The notes under the pieces: generated by a model | Databases searched by the model: none | Told to the model about the DNA's origin: nothing | Seen by the model: only the letters and a program-made list of their open reading frames with translations | Assembly (NCBI GenBank): GCA_963759765.1 | Contig: CAVXAL010000003.1 | Location: 1,011,080 to 1,075,079, forward strand | Source of the DNA: Candidatus Aminicenantes bacterium | GTDB lineage: Bacteria > Acidobacteriota > Aminicenantia > UBA2199 | Length of the DNA: 64,000 bases | Direction of reading: 5' to 3' | Program-made: the position numbers and the translations under genes | Part shown: positions 28,308 through 37,810 of the stretch, piece after piece | How the letters are laid out: each line of letters opens with the position of its first letter | How positions within the stretch are numbered: position 1 is the first letter of the stretch

Positions 28308-30380
28308 CTAATCCTCTGCCTGGATCAGCTTGTGCACGGCTTCGGCCAGGGCGGAGAACGTGTAGGGCTTGACGATCACGCCGCTGAATCCGTAATCCCG
28401 GTAATGGGCCATCACCGGATCGTTGGAATAACCGCTGGACACCAGGACCCGGGTCCGGGGATCCAGCTGCAATATCTTTTTGATGGCTTCGCGTCCGCCC
28501 ATGCCGCCGGGAACGGTCAGGTCGAGGATCAGGACCTGGTAGGGGCGTCCGGCTTCCTTGGCCTTGCTCCATTCCTCGATGGCCTGGCCGCCTTCGACCA
28601 CGCAGGTCACCTCGTAACCGAGCTGCTGCAGCATCTCCGCGGCCACCTGGCGCACCAACGACTCGTCATCCATGACCAGGATGCGGCCCTGGCCTTTCAA
28701 CAGCTGGGCTTGGGACGGCCGGCTGACTGTCACCGCTTTTTCCGAGGCGGGCAGGTAGATATGAAACACGGAGCCCATCCCCTGGGCGGATTCGACCGCG
28801 ATGAAACCGTCGTGCTTCTTGACGATGGAGAAGGCAATGGCCAGGCCCAGGCCGCTGCCCTGCAGCTTGGTGGTAAAATAGGGTTCAAAAATCCGTTTCA
28901 GTAATTCCCGGGGAATGCCCTGGCCCTGGTCATACACCGAGATGCGCACATAGGGGCCCTCTTTGAGCGGCAGATTCTCGCGGTCGGTGAGCGTGATGTT
29001 TCTGGCCCTGACGTCAATGGTTCCGCCGTCGGGCATGGCCTCCTTGGCATTGATGACGAGGTTCTGGACCACCTGGTTCATTTGACCGCGGTCCATTTCC
29101 AGGGTAGGCAGGTCGGGGGAGAATTCGTAGCGGCAGACAATGTCTGAACCGCGCAGGGCGAACGAGACGGCGTCACGGACCATCTCCTCCACGGCCACAA
29201 CTTCTTTGATCGGCGCAGAACCTGCGGCAAAGGTCAGCAGCTGCTGGGTGAGGCTCTGGGCCTGGAGTGCGGCTTTTTCGGCATTGCTCAGAAACTGGAA
29301 ATGGCGCGCCTCGGGGGAGAGCTGGCTTTTGGCCAGGGAAATGTTGCCCAGGATCGCTGTCAGGATGTTGTTGAAATCGTGGGCGATGCCGCCGGCCAGG
29401 ATGCCGATCGATTCGAGTTTTTGCATCTTGATCAGTTCTTCATCGGTTTTCAGCTTCTCGGTGATATCCCGGAAAACCAGCACGATGCCGATAATGCGGT
29501 TTTCGCGGTCGCGGATGGGAGCGCTGCTGTCGGCGATCACCCGGCGAACGCCGTCGCGCTCCAGCAACAGCGGACGCTCGGCAAATTCGATGGTGCGACC
29601 GCTTTCCAGAGTCTTCTGGACGGGGTCGTCCAGGGGTTCGCCCGTCTGCTCGTGGATGATGTGAAACACCTCGCTCAGCGGCCGACCCAGGGCTTCGTCC
29701 TGGGACCATCCGGTCAGTTCCTCGGCCACCCGGTTGATCAGCAGGATGCGGCCCTCGACATCGCTGGCAATCACGCCGTCACCGATGCTGCGCAGGGTGA
29801 CAGTCAGGCGCTCCTTTTCCATGGCCAGCGCCTCTTCGGACCGCTTGCGTTCAATGGCCAGGGCGACCTGATTGGAGACGAAGTTCAAGATATCGAGGTC
29901 GGCGCTGGAATAGCGCACGCCCGGGGTGTAGGTTTGCACCACCATGGCGCCGATGGTCTTGCCCGCGGAAGTCTTGAGCGGCACACCCAGCCAGTCAATG
30001 GAAGGTGTACCCACGCTTTCCACCTCTCCGCTTTCGACCAGTTTCTGAAATTCGCCCGGATCGACTAGCAGCGGTTTCTGGTGGCGGATGACATAGCCGG
30101 TCAGCGTTTGTCCCATTTTCATGTCTGGCGGCGGCGGATCGTACTCGTCGATGAAGTAGGGGAAATGAAGAGTCTGCGCGTCCGGTTCATATAGGGCGAT
30201 ATAGAAGTTGCGGGCCGGGATCAGTTCACCCACGATCTGGTGCATCTGATGGAACAGCTCGTTCAAGTCGGGTGCGGAATAGACTGCTTCCGATACCCTG
30301 AAAATCGCCTCTTTGAGTCTGTCCGCTGCGGCGAATCTTTTGAAGGCCAAGCGGTGCGGTTTTTTTAACAACTGCGGCAT
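28308..30380 (-). CDS. Hybrid sensor histidine kinase (GAF-PAS-HisKA-HATPase-REC), cytoplasmic
   Basis: GGIAHDFNNIL, QNLVINAKEAM, DQGQGI, FEPYFTTK..GSGLGL, ILVMDDE, LILDLTVPGGMGG, KPY. Confidence 0.94.
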   Translation of the reverse strand: MPQLLKKPHRLAFKRFAAADRLKEAIFRVSEAVYSAPDLNELFHQMHQIVGELIPARNFYIALYEPDAQTLHFPYFIDEYDPPPPDMKMGQTLTGYVIRHQKPLLVDPGEFQKLVESGEVESVGTPSIDWLGVPLKTSAGKTIGAMVVQTYTPGVRYSSADLDILNFVSNQVALAIERKRSEEALAMEKERLTVTLRSIGDGVIASDVEGRILLINRVAEELTGWSQDEALGRPLSEVFHIIHEQTGEPLDDPVQKTLESGRTIEFAERPLLLERDGVRRVIADSSAPIRDRENRIIGIVLVFRDITEKLKTDEELIKMQKLESIGILAGGIAHDFNNILTAILGNISLAKSQLSPEARHFQFLSNAEKAALQAQSLTQQLLTFAAGSAPIKEVVAVEEMVRDAVSFALRGSDIVCRYEFSPDLPTLEMDRGQMNQVVQNLVINAKEAMPDGGTIDVRARNITLTDRENLPLKEGPYVRISVYDQGQGIPRELLKRIFEPYFTTKLQGSGLGLAIAFSIVKKHDGFIAVESAQGMGSVFHIYLPASEKAVTVSRPSQAQLLKGQGRILVMDDESLVRQVAAEMLQQLGYEVTCVVEGGQAIEEWSKAKEAGRPYQVLILDLTVPGGMGGREAIKKILQLDPRTRVLVSSGYSNDPVMAHYRDYGFSGVIVKPYTFSALAEAVHKLIQAED

Positions 30381-30508
30381 GGTCGGACCTGGGCTTTCTG
30401 CGGGCTATCAGTTTTTTCCCTTTTTGTGCCCGACCTTTTTTGTCCCGCGATTCTTTCAGTGCCATGTGAATTCTATGCCAGCCAGCATAGCAAATTCATT
30501 TTTCCGAA

Positions 30509-31564
30509 TCAAGATATTGCCACGGAAAACGGGATCAATGGATACTGCAGGACTTTGGCTCCCCTTATTTTGCGTTCTTTCAGTTCGTGCAGCGCCCGGT
30601 TGGCTTCAGTCAGTGTGAATGTCTGGACTTCCGGCCGGATGGGGATTTGCGCGGCCAGAAGCAAAAAATCTTCGACGTCGCGGCGGGTCACATTGGCTAC
30701 GCTGGTGATCTCCTTTTCCAGCCAGAGGTGGACCGGGTAATCGAGAGCCAGCAGGCTGGCCTTGTCTGTTTCTTCCTTGCGGATGGCGTTGATCACCAGG
30801 CGTCCGCCCCGTTGCAGGTGCTGCAAGCCAGCGCGCACCGGCTGCCAGACCGGGGTGGTGTCAATGGCACCGTCGGCTTTTTCCCCCGGATCGTCGTCGA
30901 AGTCCCCGGCCCAGGAAGCGCCCAGTTCCAGGGCGAAGGCGCGTTCCTCCGGGCTGCGGGCGAAAACTAGGATGCGGGTGGAGGGATAGAGGTGGTGGGC
31001 TGTTTGCAGCACCAGGTGGGCCGAGGCGCCAAAACCGAGCAGCGCCAGCGTTTGCCCGTTGCCTAGCCCGGTCAGCCGCAGCGAGCGGTAGCCGACGGCT
31101 CCGGCGCAGAGCAGGGGGGCCGCTTGCAAGTCGTTGAATGCGGCCGGGATGGGCACGGCGAACTCTTCCCGCACCAAGGCGTATTCGGCGTACCCGCCGT
31201 GGGCATCCCGACCGGTGGCCGCGAAGGCGGGGCAAAGGTTCTCCCGGCCTTCGTTGCAGAAGCGGCACTGGCCGCAGGCCGAATGGATCCAGGCGATGCC
31301 CACCCGCTCGCCGATGGGAAAGCGGTTGGCCCGCTGTCCCTTCTTTTCCACTCGGCCCACCACCTGATGGCCGGGAATGACCGGCAGCCGGGGCGGCGGG
31401 GTGCGACCTTCGATCTCGTCGAGTTCGGTGTGGCAGACGCCGCAGGCGGAAACTCGGACCAGCAGCTCATCTGCCGCCGGTTCCGGGATCGGCCAATCCA
31501 CGAGCTGCAAAGGGTTCGGGTACAGATGCAGATCGCCGATGCGGGTGATGACCATGGCCTTCAT
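30509..31564 (-). CDS. Zinc-dependent alcohol dehydrogenase (MDR family)
   Basis: CGVCHTELD, GHQVVG, structural Zn CGQCRFC..ENLC, APLLCAG, GFGASAH. Confidence 0.93.
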   Translation of the reverse strand: MKAMVITRIGDLHLYPNPLQLVDWPIPEPAADELLVRVSACGVCHTELDEIEGRTPPPRLPVIPGHQVVGRVEKKGQRANRFPIGERVGIAWIHSACGQCRFCNEGRENLCPAFAATGRDAHGGYAEYALVREEFAVPIPAAFNDLQAAPLLCAGAVGYRSLRLTGLGNGQTLALLGFGASAHLVLQTAHHLYPSTRILVFARSPEERAFALELGASWAGDFDDDPGEKADGAIDTTPVWQPVRAGLQHLQRGGRLVINAIRKEETDKASLLALDYPVHLWLEKEITSVANVTRRDVEDFLLLAAQIPIRPEVQTFTLTEANRALHELKERKIRGAKVLQYPLIPFSVAIS

Positions 31565-31589
31565 GTCGCTGCTCCCCGGAAACAGAAGA

Positions 31590-31943
31590 TTATAAACCTT
31601 TTAAAAAATCTTCGGCATCGGCCACGCTGATTTTTCTTTCCCGGACCAGACGCAGGATCTCCAGCGGCGATTGCTGGGGCGTTTCGGAGGCCAGCAAGCG
31701 GGCGAACATCTCCTCCATTTTGACGCGCACGGTGGGGTAGGAGAGATTCATCCGCCGCTGGACCTCTTTGAGGTTTCCCCGCGAGCGGATGAAGAGATCG
31801 AAGAGTTTCTGCATCGAAGGATCCAGTTGGCATACCGGACAGGGTGTGAACTTTCCCTCCAGGACGGAACCGCAACTGCTGCAGGACATGCGGCTGACGG
31901 TCAGCTGCTTTTTGCAGGACGGGCATTGATGGGGCATCTTCAT
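31590..31943 (-). CDS. DUF2089 family zinc-ribbon/HTH protein
   Basis: CPSC..CSSC, FIRSRGNLKEVQRRMNLSYPTVR, C-terminal SHOCT-like EILRLV..ISVADAE. Confidence 0.88.
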   Translation of the reverse strand: MKMPHQCPSCKKQLTVSRMSCSSCGSVLEGKFTPCPVCQLDPSMQKLFDLFIRSRGNLKEVQRRMNLSYPTVRVKMEEMFARLLASETPQQSPLEILRLVRERKISVADAEDFLKGL

Positions 31944-31950
31944 GGGGGCC

Positions 31951-32850
31951 TCAGCTGGTGGCGATGCGGATGTTGCCGTTGAACGTGCTCAGTTGAAGAT
32001 GATTCCGTTCGTTGCCGCTTCCCATTTTGGCGGTTTCTGATCCGAAACCCCATTTGGAGACAGCCACACCGGCAGCCAGGCCCCCTTCCCATTTGATCGT
32101 GCCGTTCAGGGTCCTGGCCTCGATTTTGCCCGAAAAACTCTGGGGAACTTGCACACGGATATCGCCGCTGAATGTATGAAGGGTGGATTGTCCCTGGTGG
32201 TTCTCGGTCACGCTGATTTCGATGTCGCCGCTGAACGTGTGGCAGGTCAAAGGAGCGGCCAGGCCGGTCAGAAAAATATCCCCCGTCACGTTTTTAATTT
32301 CCAGGGGCAGTAAAATGCGTTGAACTTTAACAGTTCCTTTCAGCCAGCGCAATTCCAGCCGGGAGAGCCGATCGGGAACCTGAAGACGGATTCCTTCGCG
32401 GCAGAGCAGGACCAGTTGATTCCCCTTACGCAAGAGTTGAAAACCATCAAGGTTCTTGCCCTCTGCACGAAGGAATTCAGCCGGCGATGAGATTAATTCC
32501 ACGTCGGCAACAGTTGAATCAAACGGAGGCGTGGGTCGCGTTATAAGGAGCTGTTCGCCGGTACCAGTCTTGAAACCCTCGGAAGTCAAGGAAACTTTAT
32601 CATAGCCTGCAGAGGGGTCACCGCGGAAGGGTTTTAAAAAATCGGCCATTCCCCAGGAAAAGGGTGTTCCCCAGCCAGAAAACAGGTCGCGCCAGGGCGA
32701 ACTCTGGCGGTGCTTCTTGCCGAAACCGGCATCAGCCGTTTCACCATGGGCTTGGTTTTTTTCCAGAGCAGCAAGCAAACGTTCACCCTCTTCAACGGAA
32801 ATCACCTTGTCAGCCACCATTTTTAAAATTTCCAAACGTTCTACTTTCAT
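31951..32850 (-). CDS. SHOCT-like N-terminus + DUF4097 beta-strand repeat protein
   Basis: ERLEILKMVADKVISVEEGERLL; repeated TFSGDI, TLNGTI and TFNGNI strands. Confidence 0.8.
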   Translation of the reverse strand: MKVERLEILKMVADKVISVEEGERLLAALEKNQAHGETADAGFGKKHRQSSPWRDLFSGWGTPFSWGMADFLKPFRGDPSAGYDKVSLTSEGFKTGTGEQLLITRPTPPFDSTVADVELISSPAEFLRAEGKNLDGFQLLRKGNQLVLLCREGIRLQVPDRLSRLELRWLKGTVKVQRILLPLEIKNVTGDIFLTGLAAPLTCHTFSGDIEISVTENHQGQSTLHTFSGDIRVQVPQSFSGKIEARTLNGTIKWEGGLAAGVAVSKWGFGSETAKMGSGNERNHLQLSTFNGNIRIATS

Positions 32851-32869
32851 TTTTTTATCCCTATAAATA

Positions 32870-32910
32870 AATGTAAAATATATTTTATAATTTGTCAACT
32901 ATATTTTATA
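32870..32910 (-). promoter_or_regulatory. AT-rich sigma70 promoter with candidate operator for the DUF4097-DUF2089 operon
   Basis: TTGACA (32898-32893), 17 nt, TACATT (32875-32870); palindrome TAAAATATATTTTA at 32874-32887; direct repeat ATATTTTATA at 32880 and 32901. Confidence 0.6.
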
Positions 32911-33015
32911 TATTTAATTTATAATTTTAATAAATTTGATATTTTCTATTTTTAAGCCTTGGATGTTATTGAAAATCCAGTCGTGAAAAATTAGAATGCG
33001 CTGCAGGAGGAGCCC

Positions 33016-34080
33016 ATGTCAAACATCCTTTCGCGCCGGCGCTTTTTGCAAACAGGTGCATCATTGCCCTTTTTAGCCATTCCCGCTCTAGGCAAGGATA
33101 AAACGGTTGCCGCTCCTGCGGCCGGAGGAGTTCTACCTGCGATCGTTTGCAGCCGGGGTGAAGCCTGGGGCCGCAAGGTGTGCGCGCCCGGCTGGGAGAT
33201 TCTCAGCAGCGGCGGCAAGCTCCTGGACGCAGTGGAAAAGGTGGCCAACGTGACCGAGCTCGATCCCGAAGATATGAGCGTCGGGTACGGCGGACTGCCC
33301 AACGAGGAGGGCGTGGTGCAGCTGGACGCCTCGTGCATGTTCGGGCCGACACACAAGGCGGGAGCTGTGGGCGCCCTGGAAGGAATCAAGACACCCTCGA
33401 GCGTGGCCCGGCTGGTGATGGAACGCACCAACCACATCATGCTGGTCGGCTCCGGCGCCCAGCGTTTTGCCGTGGCCCACGGTTTTACCATCGAGAACTT
33501 GCTCACCGAAAAGGCGCGGCTGGCCTGGCTGAGGTGGAAGGAAAACCTGAGCGACAAGGACGACTGGCTGCCGCCCGTTGACAACATCTACCGTGAGCGC
33601 GGCAGCCGGCTGACCGGCACCATCAACGTGTTTGGCATAGACAGCCAGGGCAACATCGCCGGCATCACCACCACCAGCGGCCTGGCCTTCAAGATTCCAG
33701 GCCGGCTGGGAGATTCACCGATCATCGGCGCCGGGCTTTACTTGGACAACGACATCGGCGCAGCCGGAGCGACCGGGCGCGGCGAAGAGGTCATCCGCAC
33801 CTGCGGCAGCTTTTACGTGGTCTCGCTGATGGGGCGGGGCATGAAGCCCGCGGAAGCGTGCCTTGAGGGATGCAAGCGCATCGTCGAGGTGAACAAGCGG
33901 CGCAACGTGCCCATCAATTTCGACGTCAAGTTCATCGCCCTGAACAAGAAGGGCGAGGTGGGCTGCGCCTCCATCAAAGGGTCGGCCAAGCGGCGGCAGG
34001 AGGCCTCCTTGATGAATGCCAAGGGCTTTGCGGTCGTGCCCGGCGCCTACCTGATGGAGGACGAGCCGCCCAAAAGCTGA
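33016..34080 (+). CDS. N(4)-(beta-N-acetylglucosaminyl)-L-asparaginase / asparaginase-2 family Ntn hydrolase, Tat-exported
   Basis: Tat motif SRRRFL, SVGYGGLPNEEGVVQLDASCM, GTINV (nucleophile Thr), TTTSGLAFKIPGRLGDSPIIGAG, ATGRGE. Confidence 0.9.
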   Translation: MSNILSRRRFLQTGASLPFLAIPALGKDKTVAAPAAGGVLPAIVCSRGEAWGRKVCAPGWEILSSGGKLLDAVEKVANVTELDPEDMSVGYGGLPNEEGVVQLDASCMFGPTHKAGAVGALEGIKTPSSVARLVMERTNHIMLVGSGAQRFAVAHGFTIENLLTEKARLAWLRWKENLSDKDDWLPPVDNIYRERGSRLTGTINVFGIDSQGNIAGITTTSGLAFKIPGRLGDSPIIGAGLYLDNDIGAAGATGRGEEVIRTCGSFYVVSLMGRGMKPAEACLEGCKRIVEVNKRRNVPINFDVKFIALNKKGEVGCASIKGSAKRRQEASLMNAKGFAVVPGAYLMEDEPPKS

Positions 34081-34084
34081 CGCC

Positions 34085-34543
34085 ATGTCCGGATCTGAGT
34101 TCTTGCACCTGCGCGTGGAGCCGCTGACCGAGCACGAGGAGGCGATCGGCACTCTCTACCGCCTGTTCAGCGAGAAATATCCCGAATGTCGAGGCGTCTG
34201 GTCCGAGCTTGCCGATGACGAAGCCAATCACGCCTCCTGGATCCGCGGCCTGGCTGCGCGGGTACGCGATGGCAAGGTGCGGCTGAACCTGGAACGCTTC
34301 CAAAATGAAGCGATCCAGTCATCCATGGCGTTCGTCCGCCGCCAGACCGAGATAATGAATTCTCAATTCTTGCCCTTGCAGAACGCCATCAGTATCGCGC
34401 TACAACTTGAGGAAACGATGCTGGAGAAGCGTTTTTTCGAAGTTTTTGAAACCTCCGATCCGGAAATCGAGGAGATCATCCAAAACATCGTTGCCGAGAC
34501 GCGCATGCACTATGACAAGTTGAAGGCCATCCACAAAACGTGA
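34085..34543 (+). CDS. Ferritin-like / rubrerythrin-like four-helix protein
   Basis: EHEE..LY, ELADDEANH, ALQLEE, ETRMH carboxylate/His pattern. Confidence 0.7.
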   Translation: MSGSEFLHLRVEPLTEHEEAIGTLYRLFSEKYPECRGVWSELADDEANHASWIRGLAARVRDGKVRLNLERFQNEAIQSSMAFVRRQTEIMNSQFLPLQNAISIALQLEETMLEKRFFEVFETSDPEIEEIIQNIVAETRMHYDKLKAIHKT

Positions 34544-34558
34544 CTGAGTGAATTTTCT

Positions 34559-36487
34559 CTATTTCGTCAAGCCCTTGAATTTTATCTCGTGAAGGTCGGG
34601 AAAGGCATAGGCGGCGAGGAAACGGCCGGTATTGTCGCTCACCACGACACCTCCCCGAGAGGTATAGAGTTGGGACCACGTGTTCTTTTTGAAATTACTG
34701 GGCGTGGGAATTTCACGGATCAAACGCAGAACGCCGCTTTTGACACGAAAAAACTTCTTTGAACTGCTCCAGAGGTCAATCGAGGGATTTTCAGTATCCA
34801 TATTTTCGATGAAATATATTTCTTCAGGAGAGATATAGAGGACTTTCCCATTAGCCATACACACGTCGCGGAGCGAGTACGTGTTCGGATCAATGAGAAC
34901 GATCCGATTGCCAAATTTGGCGCAGATTTCTTCAGCTCGTCCATTGTCCAGAATTTTCAACGACGCTCTGCGGTTATAAATGTAAAAATTGCCTGGAATC
35001 TCCTTGACTGGTTCGGTTCCGGTTAGCGTGGGGCGTTTGATCATCAGCGAAGAGTCAGTGGGGAAAAACAAGAGGCCATTGATATACGCTGGAATGCCCT
35101 GGGCAATTCCCAAGTCGTCGACCGTGCCGTCTTCCCATATACGCAAGATTGGATGTTGCTTTGAGCGCCAGGCGGTCAGGAGCCAGAAACGCCTCTCTTC
35201 GCAAGTATCAGCCCCGAACAAAAAGGGATTGTAATATCCATTGAAAAGCGGGCTGCGCGCCTGTATCCTATTGGTTTTGCTGTTGCGGGAATCGATGAAA
35301 ACCAGGTTGATTTCTCCCTCCTTGATGGTTTGCGGGAAACGTGACGATTTTTCTGCTAGTTCCTTGTCCCCTTTTTCCAATAAAATCAGGAAATCCCCAG
35401 ATTTTGCATAAGGCGCAATCCAGTTGCCTAAAAAGCGGTTCGGGGTTGTTTCATAAATGCTGACAGCTTCTGCAGTGGCAGTGTCGATCTTGCCTATCCC
35501 ATAGACTGAATGATTTTGAACTTCTTTGATATAGCGATCAAAGACGCATCCCCTGTCTTCCAGAACATTCAACCCAGACCAATTCAAAACGCTCAATCCC
35601 CTGACCTCCTTGCGTCCGGTCGCATCATGGATCCAGGTTTTTCCTCGATTCTCGATGTCGTACCAGTTTACTCGGAAATGGATCAGTTTCAGGTCCCGGG
35701 TCAGGAAATAGGAGTGAAAGGAATCCACCTTGAGCGTCGCCCTGACGAAGAATCCGGATGCCAGCATGCACACTACCCAGAGACTGAGAAACAGGGGAAA
35801 GACCTTTTTTTTGAACAGGGTGATGCCGCGGATGTCGAGCCGCCGGAAGGCCACGAAAAACGGTATCAGAAAGGGGAGGATCAGCAGGATGATGGGGATG
35901 AAGTAGAGATCCGGCAGCATTGATTTGTCGAACTGGCCGGTCGTGACAACTCGGAAAAATCCGCTGCCTGTACGGAGCGAAAAAGCGATCAGGTAGGTCA
36001 AGTAGATCGAGCCCAGGTAGCAGTAGGTGAGCAGCAAGGAGGTCAGGGACAGGACCACGTAGTTGTCGCCTCCGACCGAACAGGTGAAGGAGATCAGGAA
36101 CAGGGAGAAATAGATAACGAAGAAGGTGAAAGGAGTAAAGGCGGTGAGCACGTGGCTTTTGCCCTGCCAGAAAATCATCAGGAGTACGTAGAAGAGGGTG
36201 ACCGCACAGAGGCGAGTGAAGAACTTGGCTGCCAGGATTTGAAGGCGAGAATAGGGGAGAGAGAGCAGATACTCCATGCCTTTTTGCTTGCTTTCCAGGG
36301 CAAAAGCGGCTGTGCCGAGCAGCAGGGCAAAAGTGAGGAGGGTAAATTGAAATAGGGGCAGCAGGTAATCGGCGATGGGCTGCATTTGACGCATCAGGAC
36401 GAAAACAACCACGGCCAGGCTGATGACCATGTACGAAATGAAATAGAGCGACTGTTTCAGAACGTCACTGGTCTCTTTTTTCCACAT
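34559..36487 (-). CDS. ABC-2-type permease with a large C-terminal extracytoplasmic domain
   Basis: FALESKQKGMEYLLSLPYSR..ILAAK, about six N-terminal TM segments, about 390-aa soluble C-terminal region; operonic with the ATPase and GntR. Confidence 0.75.
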   Translation of the reverse strand: MWKKETSDVLKQSLYFISYMVISLAVVVFVLMRQMQPIADYLLPLFQFTLLTFALLLGTAAFALESKQKGMEYLLSLPYSRLQILAAKFFTRLCAVTLFYVLLMIFWQGKSHVLTAFTPFTFFVIYFSLFLISFTCSVGGDNYVVLSLTSLLLTYCYLGSIYLTYLIAFSLRTGSGFFRVVTTGQFDKSMLPDLYFIPIILLILPFLIPFFVAFRRLDIRGITLFKKKVFPLFLSLWVVCMLASGFFVRATLKVDSFHSYFLTRDLKLIHFRVNWYDIENRGKTWIHDATGRKEVRGLSVLNWSGLNVLEDRGCVFDRYIKEVQNHSVYGIGKIDTATAEAVSIYETTPNRFLGNWIAPYAKSGDFLILLEKGDKELAEKSSRFPQTIKEGEINLVFIDSRNSKTNRIQARSPLFNGYYNPFLFGADTCEERRFWLLTAWRSKQHPILRIWEDGTVDDLGIAQGIPAYINGLLFFPTDSSLMIKRPTLTGTEPVKEIPGNFYIYNRRASLKILDNGRAEEICAKFGNRIVLIDPNTYSLRDVCMANGKVLYISPEEIYFIENMDTENPSIDLWSSSKKFFRVKSGVLRLIREIPTPSNFKKNTWSQLYTSRGGVVVSDNTGRFLAAYAFPDLHEIKFKGLTK

Positions 36488-37304
36488 AGGTTCCTCCGAT
36501 CAGAGCCTTCATGATTTCCGGCAACCCGATATCCTGATACGCAGCCGGATATTTCTTTTTGAACTCCTCGTCAAATGGATACACGTAGTATTCACGGTAG
36601 GGTCCGGTTTCCTTGCTGAACAGCACGGGAACTCCCGCAGCTGGCTCCTGGCTCAGCTTCTTGACCCTGGCGTGCAGGCTGTCCGACTTTTCGTCGAGGA
36701 TGAACCGGCCGCCATCCATGAGCAGCACCCGCTCGGGCAGCCGTTCGGTCTCGCTGAAGGTGTGGTTGACCATGAGCAGCGCGCTTTTCATTTCGGCGAT
36801 GGCTTCAATCAGCGCCTCCAGGAACAGCTCGCGCACGTAAGGGTCGAGCAGGTGGATCACCTCGTCGACCAGGATCAGCGCCGGCTTCTGGGATAGGACC
36901 AGGGAGAGATGAAAGAGCACCCGCTCGCCTGCGGACAGCTGGCGGATCCTGCGCTCGCGGCCCAGTTTCAGCGTTTGCAGCAGCCGGCCGTCGAATCCGG
37001 AAATGTGGTAGACCCGGCAGTGAAATTCGATGGCTGCCTGCAGGCTCAGAACCTCGAATAAACTCAGGCTGTCGGAGATGAATCCGATGTCGGAGCGCCT
37101 GAGTTCCGGTGCCTGGATGATTTTCCCCTTGTCCGGTTCCAAAACACGAGCCAAACAGCGTAAAAACGTGCTTTTTCCAGCGCCATTCTTGCCGGCGATC
37201 AACACCATTTCCCCAGGCCGGAATGCCACGGAAATCCTTTCCAGAGCCGTTTTCCGGCCGAACTTCAATGATAAATCCCGGGTTTCAATGATGGTTTCGC
37301 TCAT
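36465..37304 (-). CDS. ABC transporter ATP-binding protein (YtrB-like)
   Basis: Walker A GKNGAGKST, signature LSAGER, Walker B ILVDE, H-loop VNH. Confidence 0.92.
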   Translation of the reverse strand: MSETIIETRDLSLKFGRKTALERISVAFRPGEMVLIAGKNGAGKSTFLRCLARVLEPDKGKIIQAPELRRSDIGFISDSLSLFEVLSLQAAIEFHCRVYHISGFDGRLLQTLKLGRERRIRQLSAGERVLFHLSLVLSQKPALILVDEVIHLLDPYVRELFLEALIEAIAEMKSALLMVNHTFSETERLPERVLLMDGGRFILDEKSDSLHARVKKLSQEPAAGVPVLFSKETGPYREYYVYPFDEEFKKKYPAAYQDIGLPEIMKALIGGTYVEKRDQ

Positions 37305-37672
37305 GGCAGCACCTTTTTCATCTGTTCTTCGATCTCCTGCCTGGAAAAGCCGAGGGATACAGCCTTTTCCAGGAAGGTTTTCATCTCCTCTTCCAAAAGG
37401 GCACGGCGCAGAGGATCGTGCTCTTTTTGCGCTTGAAAGCACACCCGCGAACCGCTGCCCGCACGCGATTCAATGAACCCTTCGTCCTCCAGAATGTAAT
37501 AGGCCTTTGCTACAGTATTGGGGTTGAGCTTCAGGTACTTGGCCAGGTCGCGGATGGACGGCAGGGGATCGCCTTTGCAGAGACGGGCGGAAAGCATCTC
37601 CAGCTTGATTTTCTGGACGATCTGCTGGTAAACGGGCAAGGCCGATTTTGTGTCGATGTCAAATAAAAGCAC
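37301..37672 (-). CDS. GntR family regulator, YtrA subfamily
   Basis: LPVYQQIV, LPSIRDLA..LKLNPNTVAKAY..LEDEG, short C-terminus; GTG start with SD GAGAGG. Confidence 0.92.
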   Translation of the reverse strand: MLLFDIDTKSALPVYQQIVQKIKLEMLSARLCKGDPLPSIRDLAKYLKLNPNTVAKAYYILEDEGFIESRAGSGSRVCFQAQKEHDPLRRALLEEEMKTFLEKAVSLGFSRQEIEEQMKKVLP

Positions 37673-37690
37673 GTTTGCCTCTCGCAACCA

Positions 37691-37729
37691 ATGTATTACT
37701 ATGATAATACATGATTTACGATTTGTCAA
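37691..37729 (-). promoter_or_regulatory. Sigma70 promoter overlapped by a YtrA-type operator palindrome
   Basis: TTGACA (37729-37724), 17 nt, TATCAT (37706-37701); inverted repeat ATGTATTA-N6-TAATACAT at 37691-37712. Confidence 0.85.
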
Positions 37730-37810
37730 CAAGAAAATGAAAAATTATTGACTGCGGCAAAAGCGCAGTGATATGGCGCTGGAAATCCGAGTTTAAATCA
37801 GCAAATTAAA

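Noticed and set aside
30381-30508. c-di-GMP or other riboswitch upstream of the hybrid kinase
   Set aside because: Only a loose repeat (gggacaaaaaagg / gggcacaaaaaggg) and a small CTATGC/GCATAG hairpin; no GEMM core motifs.
33601-33630. G-T rather than D-T autocleavage site in the asparaginase-2 enzyme as a novelty
   Set aside because: Variation before the nucleophilic Thr occurs among bacterial members; not distinctive on its own.
37750-37769. ACTGCG/CGCAGT hairpin as an intrinsic terminator for the C69 gene
   Set aside because: 6-bp stem without an adjacent U-tract; too weak to call.
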